This document shows positions 1 to 13,151 of a stretch of 64,000 nucleotides of DNA, piece after piece. This stretch comes from Hypanus sabinus. Its lineage: Eukaryota. The DNA lies in NCBI RefSeq assembly GCF_030144855.1, contig NC_082722.1:19406001-19470000 (forward strand). Direction: 5' to 3'. The notes beneath the pieces are model-generated. The model was given only the letters and a program-made list of their open reading frames with translations, was not told the DNA's origin and did not search any database. The position numbers and the translations under genes are program-made. Each line of letters starts with the position of its first letter. Within the stretch, counting starts at the first letter, position 1.

Positions 1-110
1 TCCCTTAAATAATGCTAGTACTGCACCAGGAAATGTCTTTGGAACAATGATATCTGTATCAATAATAATTCTATCTGATCGGACTTGGTCTACATCGGGT
101 TTTTTTTTAC

Positions 111-385
111 CTCCTCCTGGGCTTGTTGGAATGTCCATTAGCTGCTGTAAACAAATCAACACTCTGATGTAGCACTGCCAAGTTGCCTCCCACTCTCGGC
201 GTAATGTACGTGCTCGCAACCTCATTTATTTTTTTCTCTCTTATTTCAAGGCGATACCCGCTTTTCACTGCCGCTGATATGCATGAGTGGTATCGGTAAA
301 GAGAATGGCATGACCAACAGTATTAGAGAATCCCTGTTCACGAGGATAATGAGATATTGTTTCAGAGAAAGGAGACCTGCATCAT
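111..385 (-). other. Two candidate exons (385-258, 144-111) of an unidentified, possibly decayed membrane-protein gene
   Basis: Acceptor ccgtttcctacag|, donor CGG|GTATCG, acceptor tttgtttacag|, donor GAG|GTAAAA. Phase-compatible frame DDAGLLSLKQYLIILVNRDSLILLVMPFSLPIPLMHISGSEKR-QLMDIPTSPGG. Identity unknown. Confidence 0.25.
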
Positions 386-879
386 CTGTAGGAAACGGGT
401 TCAAGCGATTCCCGACAGAAATATGAGCTGTATGATAGTACAGCTGCCGGAAATCATGAGAGTAGAAAGGTAACACTATATAACTTCTGAATATGAAGCA
501 AGAGGAAATGAGGAAACAGCGACTGAGAAATCGCGATGACCAAGCTGTAAATTATTAATTCCCATCACTGTGGTAAAAATCCGGGAAGCTAAGCGATTTA
601 AGGGAAAAACATATTATTTTTTAACAGATGCACATGAGAAAAATGGAGGCGTGGGGGTAAGAGGGTGCTCACGGTGTAAGAACATAGTCCGTTTGATGAA
701 CATGCGGCACCTAATCAAGTCTATCTTTTGACATTGTCAGAAGATAGAGAAGAAATTGTAAGGCTTATTGCAAAAATATCAGCATCGTCTTAAACCAGTA
801 TTGTGTTACCGCAGCACTGGAGAGTGGCAAATGTGCATTTATTTAGGAATATCTGAAAAGACAAAAGAAGAGTTGAACG

Positions 880-2100
880 TGGCGAGCTCAACATCAATGC
901 GTGGAGACACATTGGACTGGATCGCAGAGAAATAATCTATCACAATTTGGAAAGATAAAGGATGAAATTGTGACCGTAGCATGGATTTGTCATTTGGAAT
1001 CTCATCTAAAAAAATTGATCGATTTGTTTTGAAGAGGTGATGAAGAGAGTTGTTGAGTGCAGCAACTGAAGTTGTCCTTCATTGACTTTTGCAAGGTTGC
1101 ATAGAGAGGTAGATAACATGGGAGCCAGGGTGAGCCAGCCAGCTGAGCACAAGAACACAAAATAGGCTTAGTAAAGGAAGTCAGACGGTGACAGTGGAAA
1201 TTTCACATCAAGAATGACCGCCTGCAGCTAGTGGTGTACTGAACAGGTGGGGTCCAGTTCTAGTATTGTTTACCATCTCCGAAATAGTCAGAGGAAAATT
1301 TTGTTAACTTCGGTAATATCTTTCGGAATGCATCGAAGTTGGTGTATGCTAGACTGAAAGATAACTGCGACAATAAACTGCGAAAGTAGGACAAGCAAGT
1401 GCAGATAGAATATAACTTGGCCATTTGTTGTTCTTTGGTTAGTTAAACCAGGGCAGGAACTGCACTGTCGATTGCCCAGGGAGTTGAAGTAAAACAAAGT
1501 GACTGAGGGGTACTTGAAGATTGATCTTTGTAAGCCACAGAAGAGGTGGACAGACTGGGGAAGAAGGTGTTTGTCACATTTATTTAACAGTTGCAGCAAT
1601 GAGTACAGCATCTGGCTCATCATGTTCACTGTACAAGTCGTTGGTGAAACAGACTCAGAGTGTTCTGAGCACTTCGAATCAGCCAGCTGAAGAAACGTCC
1701 CGACGAAGCTTGAAATACTGCAGGAGAGATTCGTAAAAACATTTGAGGGACAACATGTTTTTCGCTGCAAGGAGAGTCTGGGGTTACTCGTCCTTCGAGC
1801 ACAGGAGGTTCACTGGTAACGTAAGCAGAGGGTATAGTTACAGTCTTTTACCCAGAATAGCTCTATCAAAGATGAGAATGAATCGATACAGGATAAGACC
1901 GAAAACATTTAAATGGATCTGTGGCAAGTTTTAAAAAGCAAGGGGGCTTGGCAACTGAAATAAAGTATGGGATGAATCTGTAGAGGTGGGTACGATTGCA
2001 ATGCTGTAGGAGCATTTGGATTGTTACACAGGTAGAGAAGGTTTATTGCGATGTCCCAAAACTTATCATCCTGGTGGATGACGCCATGGATCCATCTAGG
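880..2100 (+). mobile_element. Very old CR1 LINE 3' part (copy A of a segmental duplication)
   Basis: Degenerate CR1 RT C-terminal and 3' sequence; shares idiosyncratic words such as gtgagccagcca-ctga-cacaagaacacaaaa with 9304-9336. Confidence 0.65.
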
Positions 2101-3382
2101 TTGTGGGGATGGTTTTCCTTGGACTGTTGGGGATTGTAGGGCTTTGTCAGTATAATATAGGATTAATGCGTGATTTATATAATTGATGCTTGATAGGAGG
2201 GATTGACGAGGTCGCGCAAATGTGTTCTGTGCACGTATAACTTATTCCGGTAAGACAGCAGAGTATTCTCCTATTGCGGCCTAATGTTAAGGTCAAGTAA
2301 AGAAACAAGGGCAGGAAACAATTGTCCCACTCATATAAAATTACTTTGTGTGAAAAAAATGCCCACCTAACCTTTGGAGGAGAGAGCAATATCCTCCTAT
2401 TGGTTAATGGAAGGGAATGATGAGAATCACAGTCGAGAGTAAAACGAAGTACATATGAGTTATCAGCTTAAAATACACCTTCCAAACATTGGCTAGATTG
2501 TATTTAAGTCCTCAAATGTTTGGTAATTGAAATTTATTCACTGCTAAAAACGGAGTTTGATCTGCTTGAAAGTATTGATATCTATGAAAAACGTTTCTTT
2601 TTTTTTACAAATTTTAACTATCATTTTTGTTTTCATTTTGGAAGGTATAGGAATATTTGAACATTACGAAAAAATAATTCGTTGTTTGAAACGTTTTGGA
2701 TTTGACAGTTCCAGTTAACTCTGAAGGATATTGGATTGATTTTCTCAAGAGGCGTGTCCGACTATTCGGCAAACCGCACGAATTGTGCGATATTTGACTA
2801 ATACCGTGTGCACGGGTTTATCACATAAAATCTTTCACCAGCCATCAGCAACGTTGTCATAGTTAAGAAGTACTTACAGGCATATTGAAAGGATTGCAAA
2901 TTCCACTGTACCTGTACTATAATGCGAAAGGTGTTCCGTAGTGCAGGGAGAATCAAAGAGTGGGAAAGAAAATCAATCCCTTAATTTGCAGCCATTCATT
3001 GGGCGATCAATCAGAAATGTTAGGTCTGTTTCGCTGTCCCTGACGCTTTATGATCAACTAACTCTTAATCTCCATGCTTCCTCTATTTTTTTGTGGACAT
3101 CGTTTTTTTCTTGGTGAAAATGTTGTTGCTGTTATCCAGAAATTACTGTGGTATCTAACCTTATATCCATTCCCATGGTCTTGTATTAACTCATTCAAGT
3201 CTTTGAAAACAGAGTGAGTTGTTGAGTCCAAGATTTCAGCATTGTTCATCCTCTCAGCGACAGCTATTGAAGCAATTCTCCGCCAGACACAGCTCATTAT
3301 CTTTAGCTCCTAGTGTTCCCATTTTCAGCTAATATCGAATATTTTCTCAAAGGACAGATAAAAGAGCATTGATACCAGTAAG

Positions 3383-4125
3383 GCAGCAGATTCTGCAAAT
3401 TCTGGAAATCCAAAGCAATACATACAAGGTGAACTCAGCAGACCAGGCAGCATCCATGGAAATTAATGAAAGGTCAGCGCTTCGGTCCGAGTCCCTTCAT
3501 TAGGATTGGAAAGGAGGAGGGAAGATTTCAGAATAAAAAGGCGGTGAAAAGAAACACATTTTCGAAGGTGATTGGTGAAGCCAGTTTGAGTGGGCTTTGG
3601 GAGCTTGGGGGAGAGGAACGTGTGCGGTTAGGCGCTGGGATGACTTAAGAAGCTGGGAGGTAATAGGTAGAAAATGCAAAGAGCTGCAGAATAAGGAGAC
3701 TCTTAGGAAAGGAGAGTAGACTACAGGGGAAAAGGAAGGAAGTTGGACATCAGCGAAAGTTATCGGCAGAAGAGCAGAGGACAGAGGTGGAAACAGGAGA
3801 GAGACGTGGGGGGAAAAAGACGTAAAGTAGAAGTGGATGCTTGTGTCCTCCAGTTGGAGGATACCTGGACTGAATCCGAATTGTTGCTCGCCCACCCCGA
3901 GAGTGGCTTCAGAAGAGAACATGAATCGTCCTGTCGGAAACTGAATGGACAGAATCATTGGCCACGAGAAAATTCATCACGCAGTTTGGGATGAACTACA
4001 GGTGCTTGAAAAAGTGGTGTTCAGTTTACGATGAGCCTCACCAATGTAAAGGAGGCCGCATCGGTAGCTCTGACTTCAATAGACTGCCCTAGCCCTTTCG
4101 CAGGTGAAGTGTTGCCTCGCTGTTC
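3383..4125 (-). mobile_element. Penelope-like element remnant (GIY-YIG endonuclease end plus terminal repeat)
   Basis: Minus strand reads RCGLLYIGE near 4050-4075 and EATL..EQQF.F..GILQ.ED..IHF in ORF 3500-3958; terminal gcagattctgcaaattctggaaatcc...gaactcagcagaccaggcagcatc block. Confidence 0.8.
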
Positions 4126-4999
4126 GTGGTCCGGAACAGAGGTGATTAAGCTATAATTTTCAAGTTTTCTTCATTCGATTTAGATTTATATTTTTGATTC
4201 GAAACAAACTGCTGTCTTTAGCAATTTTAGAACAAATTTGACAACACTTCAAAGTCATTTACATAGCTACGTCAGTCTAGAATCTCGTTCCGTTGTGAAA
4301 TTAATTACACAAATAATATCCTTTTATTCATAGATCGGCCACGTCTTAGCTTCACTGTGCATCCTGATGTCTATATCCGACCACGCTTCATTATTGTCTG
4401 GCTTAAATGGAAATAAACCGCAATCATTCTACAAATAGTCGCTCATGATGTAACCGTTCACGCTTGGAAGACTGTCAGCAATCGATAGGCTTAAAGGTTA
4501 AAACTTAAAACTCTGTTTTATTTAACATTGTGATGAAGCTTCTCATTATTCTCTTTCCAGAAGGCACACGCAGCAGAAACGAAAGACGGATATCACAGAA
4601 AAAACTTTAGACACATTCAGTTGCGAGGAATTGGTCTGCGTTTGTGAGTTTGCGATTCAAAGAAATGTCAATCGGCTGTTTGAGTGTTTTTTTCATCGGT
4701 GGATGAGAAATGAATAAGAAAGATAGGAGTACGAAGATCCCGTCAATTAATGATAAGAATTGACATTCGGCACTTTTACTTGAATGTAGAAATACAAACA
4801 ATATTTATGGGTGGAATGGTCGAAAGGATTTGTGAAGCAAAGTGACCTGGGTGAACGAAGCCAATGAACAATTTGGGACGGGAAATCTACCCCTGCCAGT
4901 CATCATTCAGGCAAATCTTCAAGCAGCAAGTGATCAGAAGGGGTCACAGATAGACGAGAAAACGAGAATGTAGATCAAGACAATCAGCCATAAGACTGA

Positions 5000-7900
5000 C
5001 GATGGGGTCTGCTCCACTATTTCTTGCTCAGACAGTAAGACCATAAAACCATAAACCACAGGAGCAGAAGTACATTATTCGGCTCATCGAGACTTCTCCG
5101 CTTTACAATCGTGGGCTGATGCAATTATTCCAGTCATCCCCACTCACCTGCCTTCTCCCCATACCCTTGATGCCCTGGCTAATCAAGAACCTGTCTATCT
5201 CTGCCTTAAGTACACTCGATCACTAGGACTCCACAACAGCTCGTGGTAACACATTACAGGGATATATCACCCTCTGACTGAAGTAATTTCTCCGCATCTC
5301 AGCTCTAATTGGACGTCCATCAATCTTGTAAGTCGTGACCTCTTGTACTAGAATCCCCTAACATGAGTAATAACATTGCCATATCGATTCTGTTCAATCC
5401 TTTTAATATTTATAATGTTTCTTTGAGATCACCCCTCATTCTCCTGAACTCCAGGGAGCACAGCCCAAAAGCTGCTAGACGTTACTCATACGGTAACCCT
5501 TTCATTCCTGGAATCATTCTTGTGAATCTTCTCTGCACCATCTCCGATGTCACTATATTCTTTCTAAAATAAAGAGCCCAAACTGCATACAATACTCCTC
5601 CTGGTCCCACAAGTGGCCTTGTGAGCCTCCAAATCACACCCCTGTTCTATGCTATACCTCCAGAAATGAATGTCAGCATTGTGTTCGCCTTCTTCACAAC
5701 CGATTCAACCTGGAGGTTAACCGTTAGGCTATCTTGTACAAGGACTCCCAAATCCCTTAATATAGAACATAGAACATTGAATAGTACAGCACATTACAGG
5801 CTCTTCGGCCCACAATGTTGGGTCCGACCCTGAAACCCTGCCTCCCATATAACCCCACACCTTGAATTATTCCATATCGGCATTTTTGAATTATCTCACA
5901 ACCTAAATTCTAGTCTGCCTCTTTAACTCTTTCTCTAAAGTGCATGACCATGAACATTACAACAAGGCATTTCATTTGCCCCTTGATCGTCCATTCCCCT
6001 AATCTATCTAAGTTTCTATGCAGGCTCTCTGTTTCTTCAATACTACCCGCTCCTCCACCTATCTTCGTATCATCTGCAAATTTAGCCAGAAATCTACTAA
6101 TACCGTAGTCCAAGTCATTGACATACGTCGTAAAAAACAGCAGTCCCCACACTGACCCCGTGGTAGACCACGTCTACTGCATCTATGCTGCTTGTAATTT
6201 CTTCAAAGAATTTTAGCAGAATGGTCAGACTGGATTTTCCTTTCAGGAAGCAATGCTGGCTTTGGCCTATCTTTCATGTACCTCCAGGTATTACGCGATC
6301 TCATTCCTAAAAATCCATTCCAACAACTTCCCAACCACTGATGTCAGGCTAACAGGTCTATGGTTTCCTTTCTGCTGTCTCCCACCCTTTTTAAATGGAG
6401 GAATAATCTTTACAATTTTCCAGTCCTCTGGTACAATGCTAGAAACTATCGATTCTTGAAAGATCATTTTTAATGCCTCAGCAATCTCCACAGCTACTTC
6501 CTTCAGGACCTGAGGGTGTATTCTAACTGGTCCAGAAGATATATCCACTATCAGTCCATTACGCTTCCTGAGCACCTTTTCAGTCGTAATTTGTACTGCA
6601 TAAAATTCACTTCCATGACACTCTTTAATGTTCGGTATTCTACCGACGTGTTCCACTGTGAAGACTGTTGCAGAATGCGCATTCACTTCCCCTGCCATCT
6701 CTGCACCTCTCGTCACAAATTCTCCAGCGTTATTTTGTACTGCTCCTATATCTACCCTCGACTGTCCTTTACCCTTTAAATACTTAAAAAAGCTTTAAGT
6801 ATCTTCTTTGATATTATACCATAGCTTCCTATAATACTTTATATCTTCCTTCATATTGACCTTCTTAGTTTCCTTCTACAGGTTTTTAAAGTTTTCCAAA
6901 CTTCTATTTTCCCACTGGCTCTGATGTCCTTGTATGCCCTTCCTTTCGCCTCTGACTTCACTTGTCAGCCGCCGTGGTGTCCTTCGTACGTCTGAAAATG
7001 TATTACTATTTGGAATATAGCTGTCTTGCATTTCCATCTCTTTTTTTTTTGCAGAAACGCCAGCCATTGCTGTTCTGCTCTGTTTCCTGCAAATATCCCT
7101 TTGGAGTCAACTTCGTCCAATTCCCCTCTCATGCCATTGTAATTTCCTTTGTACTACTGAAATAATGGCACGTTGGTTTTTATTTTTTCCCTCTCAGATT
7201 TCAATATGAACTCGAACATGTTGTGATTTCCATTCCTTAAGAGTTCCTTAACATTAAGCTCTCTTATCTCCTCGGGATCACTGCACAACGCCCAATCCAA
7301 CACAGCCGATCCCCGAGTCGGCTCAACAGCAAGCTGTTCTAAAAAGCCCTCTCTTGAACATTCTACAAATTCTCTCTCGAGGTCCGGCATTGACCTGGCT
7401 TTTCCAATACACTTCCATGTTAAAATCCCCAGCATTTATCATGGCATTGCCTTTCTGACAAGCCTTTTCTATCTCCTGCTGTAAATAGAATTCAACGTTC
7501 TGGATGCTTCTTTGGAGGGCTAAATACAAACTGCCATTAGGGTCTTTTAACATTTGCTATTTCTTAATTGAACCCATAGAGCTCAACACCTTCCAATCCT
7601 AAGTTATCTCTTTATAATGATCTAATATGATTTCTTATACTCAGAGCCACACCACCCCCTTTGCCTACTAACCTATCTTTCCGACGTCCCGTGTAACCTA
7701 GGACTTTAGGCTCACAATGTCAGCCATCATTTAGCCAATTTTCAGCGATGGACACAATGTGATATTTGCCAATTTGTAGCTGAATTTCAAGATCGTCGAT
7801 TTTATTCTTTATGCTGCGTGTATTCAAATATATCACTTTCAGTCCAGAATGTGTTGTTTTCTGTTTTAACTACACCACGCCTGTAATTGCCCTGTAACTC

Positions 7901-9030
7901 ATACCAGGGGCTGTGATTAAGTCTCATCTCCTGCCTGTTCTTTCTATATTCTGTTGCATTCTATCTTTGATTTAAGTCTTTTCTCCCATTCCTCGAATCT
8001 ATCACTTCGTTTCCCAAAACACTGTCAAATTATTTTAAGCGCTTTCTAAAAGCTCTATTAGATGTGTCTGCTACTATATTGGACGCCTTTGTGTTCAGGT
8101 GTAGACCGTCCTCTTTGTACGGGTCATACTTCCCTAGAAGACACCACAATAATCCAGGTTTCCGAAGACCTGCCGCCAACATCAGTCTGTCCTCCACACA
8201 TTAATACGCCTGATCATGCTATACTTGCACTCGCTAGCAAGTGGCACAGGTAGCAATACTGAGATTACTGCCCTGGAGCTACTGCCTTTCAGCTTCCTAC
8301 TCACTGAATTACCTTATGAGGACCTCCTCTCTTTTTCTACCTATGTCATTTGTACCAAAGAGTACCGCAACTTCTGGATGTTCACCCTCTGCCTTCACAA
8401 TACTGTGCACCCGATCCTATACACCCCGTACCCTGGCAGATGGGAGGCAACACACCATGCAGGTACATCTATCAGGCTGACAGAGCCTCCTGTCTTTTCC
8501 CTCACTATAATTACTGCATTCCTCATCTTCATCTTTCCCTTCTGCACCATGGAACCAGGAATAGTGCCTCAGACCCGATCGCCGTTGTCGTCCTCTGTCA
8601 GGTCGTCCCCTTCAAGTGTTTCCAAAACGAGGTAAAGATTTCCGAGGGAGATGGTCACAGGGGTGCTCTCTGCTTTCTATGCTCTTCCCTCCGCTTCTCT
8701 GACCATGCAGCCTCCGGGTGACCAATTCCCTGTAGCTCCCCTCTATCTCCTGTTCACTCTCCCTAATAAGCCGCAGGTCATCGAGCTGCAGCATCAGATC
8801 CCTAACACGACCTGTCAGGAGCTTCATCTGGGAGACTGGAAGATTCCCGGAATTCCCACATCTAACACTCAGAGCAAAATACTAAGCCGACCTACATGCT
8901 CTCTATTCCTCTAAAACTGCACCGAAAAAATACAAAAAAAAAAGTCCACCTACTCGCTGAAGCCCGCTTTCGCAGATGCCTTAAAGAGCCATAGCCTTTC
9001 GCTTCTGCTCTCGCATTCATTTAAGAATGC
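5000..9030 (-). mobile_element. Near full-length decayed CR1 LINE
   Basis: RT fragments (KFADDTK 5910-6152; GPVRIHP.VLKE, GNHRPVSLTSVVGKLLE 6291-6716), endonuclease fragments (7154-7553), ORF1 remnants (8060-8830), ccataa-type 3' tail at 5035-5060. Confidence 0.9.
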
Positions 9031-9764
9031 CCTCAAGTACAGGTGGCAAGCCAAATATCGGTGCGTGGAAAGATACTGGAATGAAGGACAGAATCTATCA
9101 CAATTTGGAAAGGCGACGAGTCTAAAAGTGACTGTCAGCATGAATTGCTCATGGGGAATCCTCTCTCACAATCTTGAATCAGTTGTTTTGAAGAGCTATG
9201 CAGAAAATTGCTGAGGGCAGGACAGTGTACTATATCTTAATTGAATTTTGCACGGTTCTGTATAGCAGTCTAGTATAGAATGCTGGTTAACACGGGAGCC
9301 GGAGTGAGCCAGCCAACTGAACACAAGAACACAAAATTGTTTTCCTAGAGGAATCAGACGGTGATAGTGGAGATTTGACACCAAGAGTAAAGACTTGCAA
9401 CTCGTGATGTACTGAAGAGGTAGGCCCTGGTTCCAGTACTGTTTGACATTCCTGAAATAGTTAGTTAATATTATTTTCAAGTTATTAATAATTCTCAGAA
9501 TGCAGCGGAATTAATGATATACCAGAGAGTGAAAACTAACTAAGACGAGGAACTGGGAATGTAGGCCTAGCAATTGCAGACCGAGTTTAACTAGGATATT
9601 TTCAAAGTGCAATATTTTGGTTAGTTAAACTGGGGCAGCAATTGTGCAATAGATTGCCCTGTGCGTTGACGTAGAACACGATGACTGAGAAGTACAGGCA
9701 CGTTGATCAGTAAAATTGTCGACAGAGGTGGATAGGCTGGTAAAGAAGTTGTTTGTCACCATTG

Positions 9765-10570
9765 AGTCAACTTTCGGAATCAGACACAGGTTTATTATCA
9801 CCGGCATGTGTCGTGAAGTTTGTGAACTTAACAGCAGCAGTTCAATGCAATACATAATGTAGAAAAGAAAAACAAATAAATAAATACAAAAATAAATAGC
9901 TGAAAAATCTACTAGAGTATACTTATATTAAGTGGATTAAAAACGCCCAAAAACAGGATTAACATTTTAACATTACATTTTAAAGAGGTAGTTTTCACGA
10001 TTTCAATGTCCATTTAGGAATCCGATCGCAGAGCGGAAGAAGCTGTTCCTGAATTGCTGAGTGTGCGCCTTCAGGCTTCTGGACCTCCTACTTCTTGGTA
10101 ACAGTGAGAAAATGGCATGCCCTGGGTGCTGCACGTCCTTAATACTGGAAGTTGCTTTCTAAGACACCACCCCTTAAACATGTCCTGAGCACTTTGTAGG
10201 TTTATACCTAAGATTGATAAGACAAACTTCAGCTTCTTTCGGGCCTGCGCAGTAGTTACCCCTCCTCTCCATCCCAAACCAGACAGTGACGCAGCCTGTC
10301 AAAATGCTCTCCACAGTACACCTATAGAAGTTTTTGAGTGTATTTGTTTTCATACCACATCTCTTAGAACACGCAACGAAGGATACTCGCTGCCTCGCCT
10401 TCTTCATAGCTGCATCAATATATTGGGTTTAGGTTATAAATCAGAGAGCTTGATACCCATGGGCTTGAAACTGATCATTCTCACTATTTCTGATCCCTCT
10501 ATGACGACTGGTGCGTCTTACCCTTCCTGAAGTTCACAAGCGTCTCTTTCGTCTTACTGACGTTGAGTGC
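9765..10570 (-). mobile_element. Rex1/Babar-type LINE 3' fragment
   Basis: ORF 10174-10407 MKKARQRVSF...KNFYRCTVESILTGCVTVWFG is the typical Rex1/Babar RT C-terminus. Confidence 0.75.
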
Positions 10571-10670
10571 AATTTGTGGCAATGAGTACAGGATCTCGGA
10601 CGTCATGTTCAATTGTGCAAATCGTTGGAGGAACAGTATGTTGTGCATTCGTTGGTGAAAAGTATGCTGT

Positions 10671-13042
10671 TGTGGCGGTACGCACACATGGGGCGCGAAC
10701 CGCCACAGGGAGCTGCAGGCACGGTCTGATGTCACGTCCACCCACTGGTCGCATGGACCCATGGGAGGGGGGATATATAAGCGCGCGAGTTTGAATCAGT
10801 AAAGCCTTTCCAGTTCAGCTCTCTCAACCTCCCTGTGTCCCTTTCGTGGCGCTTTGCGCGCCAGTACATCGGTGACCCCGACGTTCCAGACGGCATCTGG
10901 AACCACCGACTCTGAAAACAGCCATGAAACCGAGCAATTCGCACAGTGCGGTCGCTCTGAAGATACCGACTTTCACGGCCACTCAGCCCCACGTTTGGTT
11001 CGAGCAAGCTGAAGCCCAGTTCAATATCAGAGACATTACAGCCGACGCCACGCGGTATTACTACGTGGTCAGCGCGCAGACCGGATCATCGACTTCATAC
11101 GCGAGATGGACAAGCTCGATCCCACCCGACAAGCTCCATCTCGCCAAGGAGAAGTTCCATAAGATGGAAGATCTGGGTATCATACGCCGCTCAGACATCC
11201 CGTGGGCATCCCCGCTGCACATGGTGTCCAAGTCCGGAGGAGAATGGAGGGTCTGCGGAGACTACAGAAGGCTCAATGACGCCACAACCACCGACAGATA
11301 CCCGGCACCCCACATCCAGAACTTCTCGGCGAACCTTCACGGAGCGACCATCTTCTCCAAAATCGACCTGGTCGGGGGACACCATCAGATCCCAGTGTAG
11401 CCCGACGACCTGCCAAAGACAGCCCTCATCACCTCGTTCGGCTTGTTCGAATTCCTGAGGATGCCTTTCGGTCTCAAGAAAGCAGCCCAAACTTTCCAAA
11501 GGCTCACTGTCTCTGTGGGACGCGGCCTGGATTTCGTTTTCATTTAGTTGGATGATATCCTGATGGCCAGCAGTTCTCACTAAGAGCACGTGACACATTT
11601 GCGCCAACTCTGCTAAAGCCTGAGCGACCACGGACTGGCAATCAAACTGGCGAAGTGCCAGTTCAGGCTAACGGAGATCGACTTCTTGGGCCATAGAGTG
11701 AAATGACATGGCACAGTTTCCCTACCGGACAAGGTCCAGGCCATCCGCCAGTTACCCAAGTCCAGTATGGTCAAGGGCCTGCAGGAGTTCGTAGGGATGG
11801 TCAACTTTTATCATCGGTTCCTACCAGCGACGGCCCGCATCATGAGACCTCTGTTCCACCTGATGGCCGGCAAGGCCAAAGAAGTGGCATGGGACGCGGA
11901 GTCCAAGGAAGCGTTCGAGCAGGCCAAGGAGGCGCTGGCGAAGGCGGCCCTCCTAGTGCACCCGAGAGTCGATGTACCCACGACTCCCACAGTCTACGCT
12001 TCCGACACGGCAGTTGGCGGATTCCTTGAGCAGCTCGTCGAGGACCAGTGGCGACCTCTCGCGTTCTTCAGCCAGCGCCTACGGCCACCAGAGCTGATGT
12101 GCAGCGCCTTCGACAGAGTGTTGAAAGCGCTCTACCTGGCTATCCGGCATTTCCGGTACTTCCTCGAGGGAAGTTCACTGTGTATACGGACCACAAGCCC
12201 CTCACCTTCGCACTGGCCAAGGAATCGAGCCCATGTTCGGTTCGGCAGCTTAGTTACTTGTGCTTTATTTCAGAATTCACCATGGACGTCCGTCACATCA
12301 CAATGAAAAACAACGTCGTTGCCGACACTCTGTCTCGCCCATGACTTCATTCAGTAGCATATCGTCCTCAGGAATAGACTACGCAGCACTGGCGGAAGCA
12401 CAACGGACGGACACCGAGATTCCGGCTTGCCGCACCGCCGTGTCGGGGCTCCAGTTGGAGGACGTCTCCATCGGCCCGGCAGTGGATCGACTCCCGTGGG
12501 ACATGTCTACCGACAAGGTCCAACCCGTCGTTCCAGCGGCATGGAGGCGCTGGGTGATTGACACGCTGCACGACCAGGCCCACCTGTCCGTCCGTACGTC
12601 CATCAAGCTGGTAGCGGACAGATTCGTCTGTCACGGTTGGCGCAAACAGGTCGGACAATGGGCCATGACCTGCGTACACTGGCAGACCGCCAAATTCTAG
12701 CGGCACGTGAAGGCTCCCCTCTAGCAGTTCCAGCCGACACAAAGGAGGTTCCAGCACATCCAAGTGGACATCGCCGGTCTCCTGCCAGTCTCCAGGGGCG
12801 CCAGGTATATCTTTATCATGGTAAACAGATTCACCACACGGCCGGAAGCCAAACCGCTCGCAGACACGTCCACTGAGTCCTGCGCCAGGGCGTTCATTGC
12901 AAACGTCACGTCCGCCACGTTGGTCGCAGGGACCCATGGTAGGGGGGATTTAAGAGCGCGAGTTTGAATCAATAAAGTCTTTCCGAGTTCAGCTCTCTCT
13001 GCCTCCGTGTGTTCATTTCGTAGCGCTTTGCGCGCTACTACA
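10671..13042 (+). mobile_element. Internally deleted Gypsy (Ty3) LTR retrotransposon
   Basis: TG...CA LTR 10671-10868, PBS-like tcggtgaccccgacg, gag (VWFEQAEAQF) fused directly to RT (PWASPLHMV, GDYRRLN, degenerate YLDD), RNase H, integrase zinc-binding region, partial 3' LTR ending CA at 13042, 4-bp TSD CTGT on both sides. Confidence 0.93.
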
Positions 13043-13151
13043 CTGTGCATTTTGATCGCCAGCAATAGAAAAGATGCGATGAAGCTTAAGATAGCGCAGA
13101 AAAGTTTACCAAGTCTGTTAGTAGGACAGCGTTCTTTTAACTGTAGGAAGA

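Noticed and set aside
251-295. Plus-strand segment GDTRFSLPLICMSGI resembling the start of the TM exon (GADTRW)
   Set aside because: Too short for a TM; the duplicated-block comparison favours minus-strand exon signals at this site.
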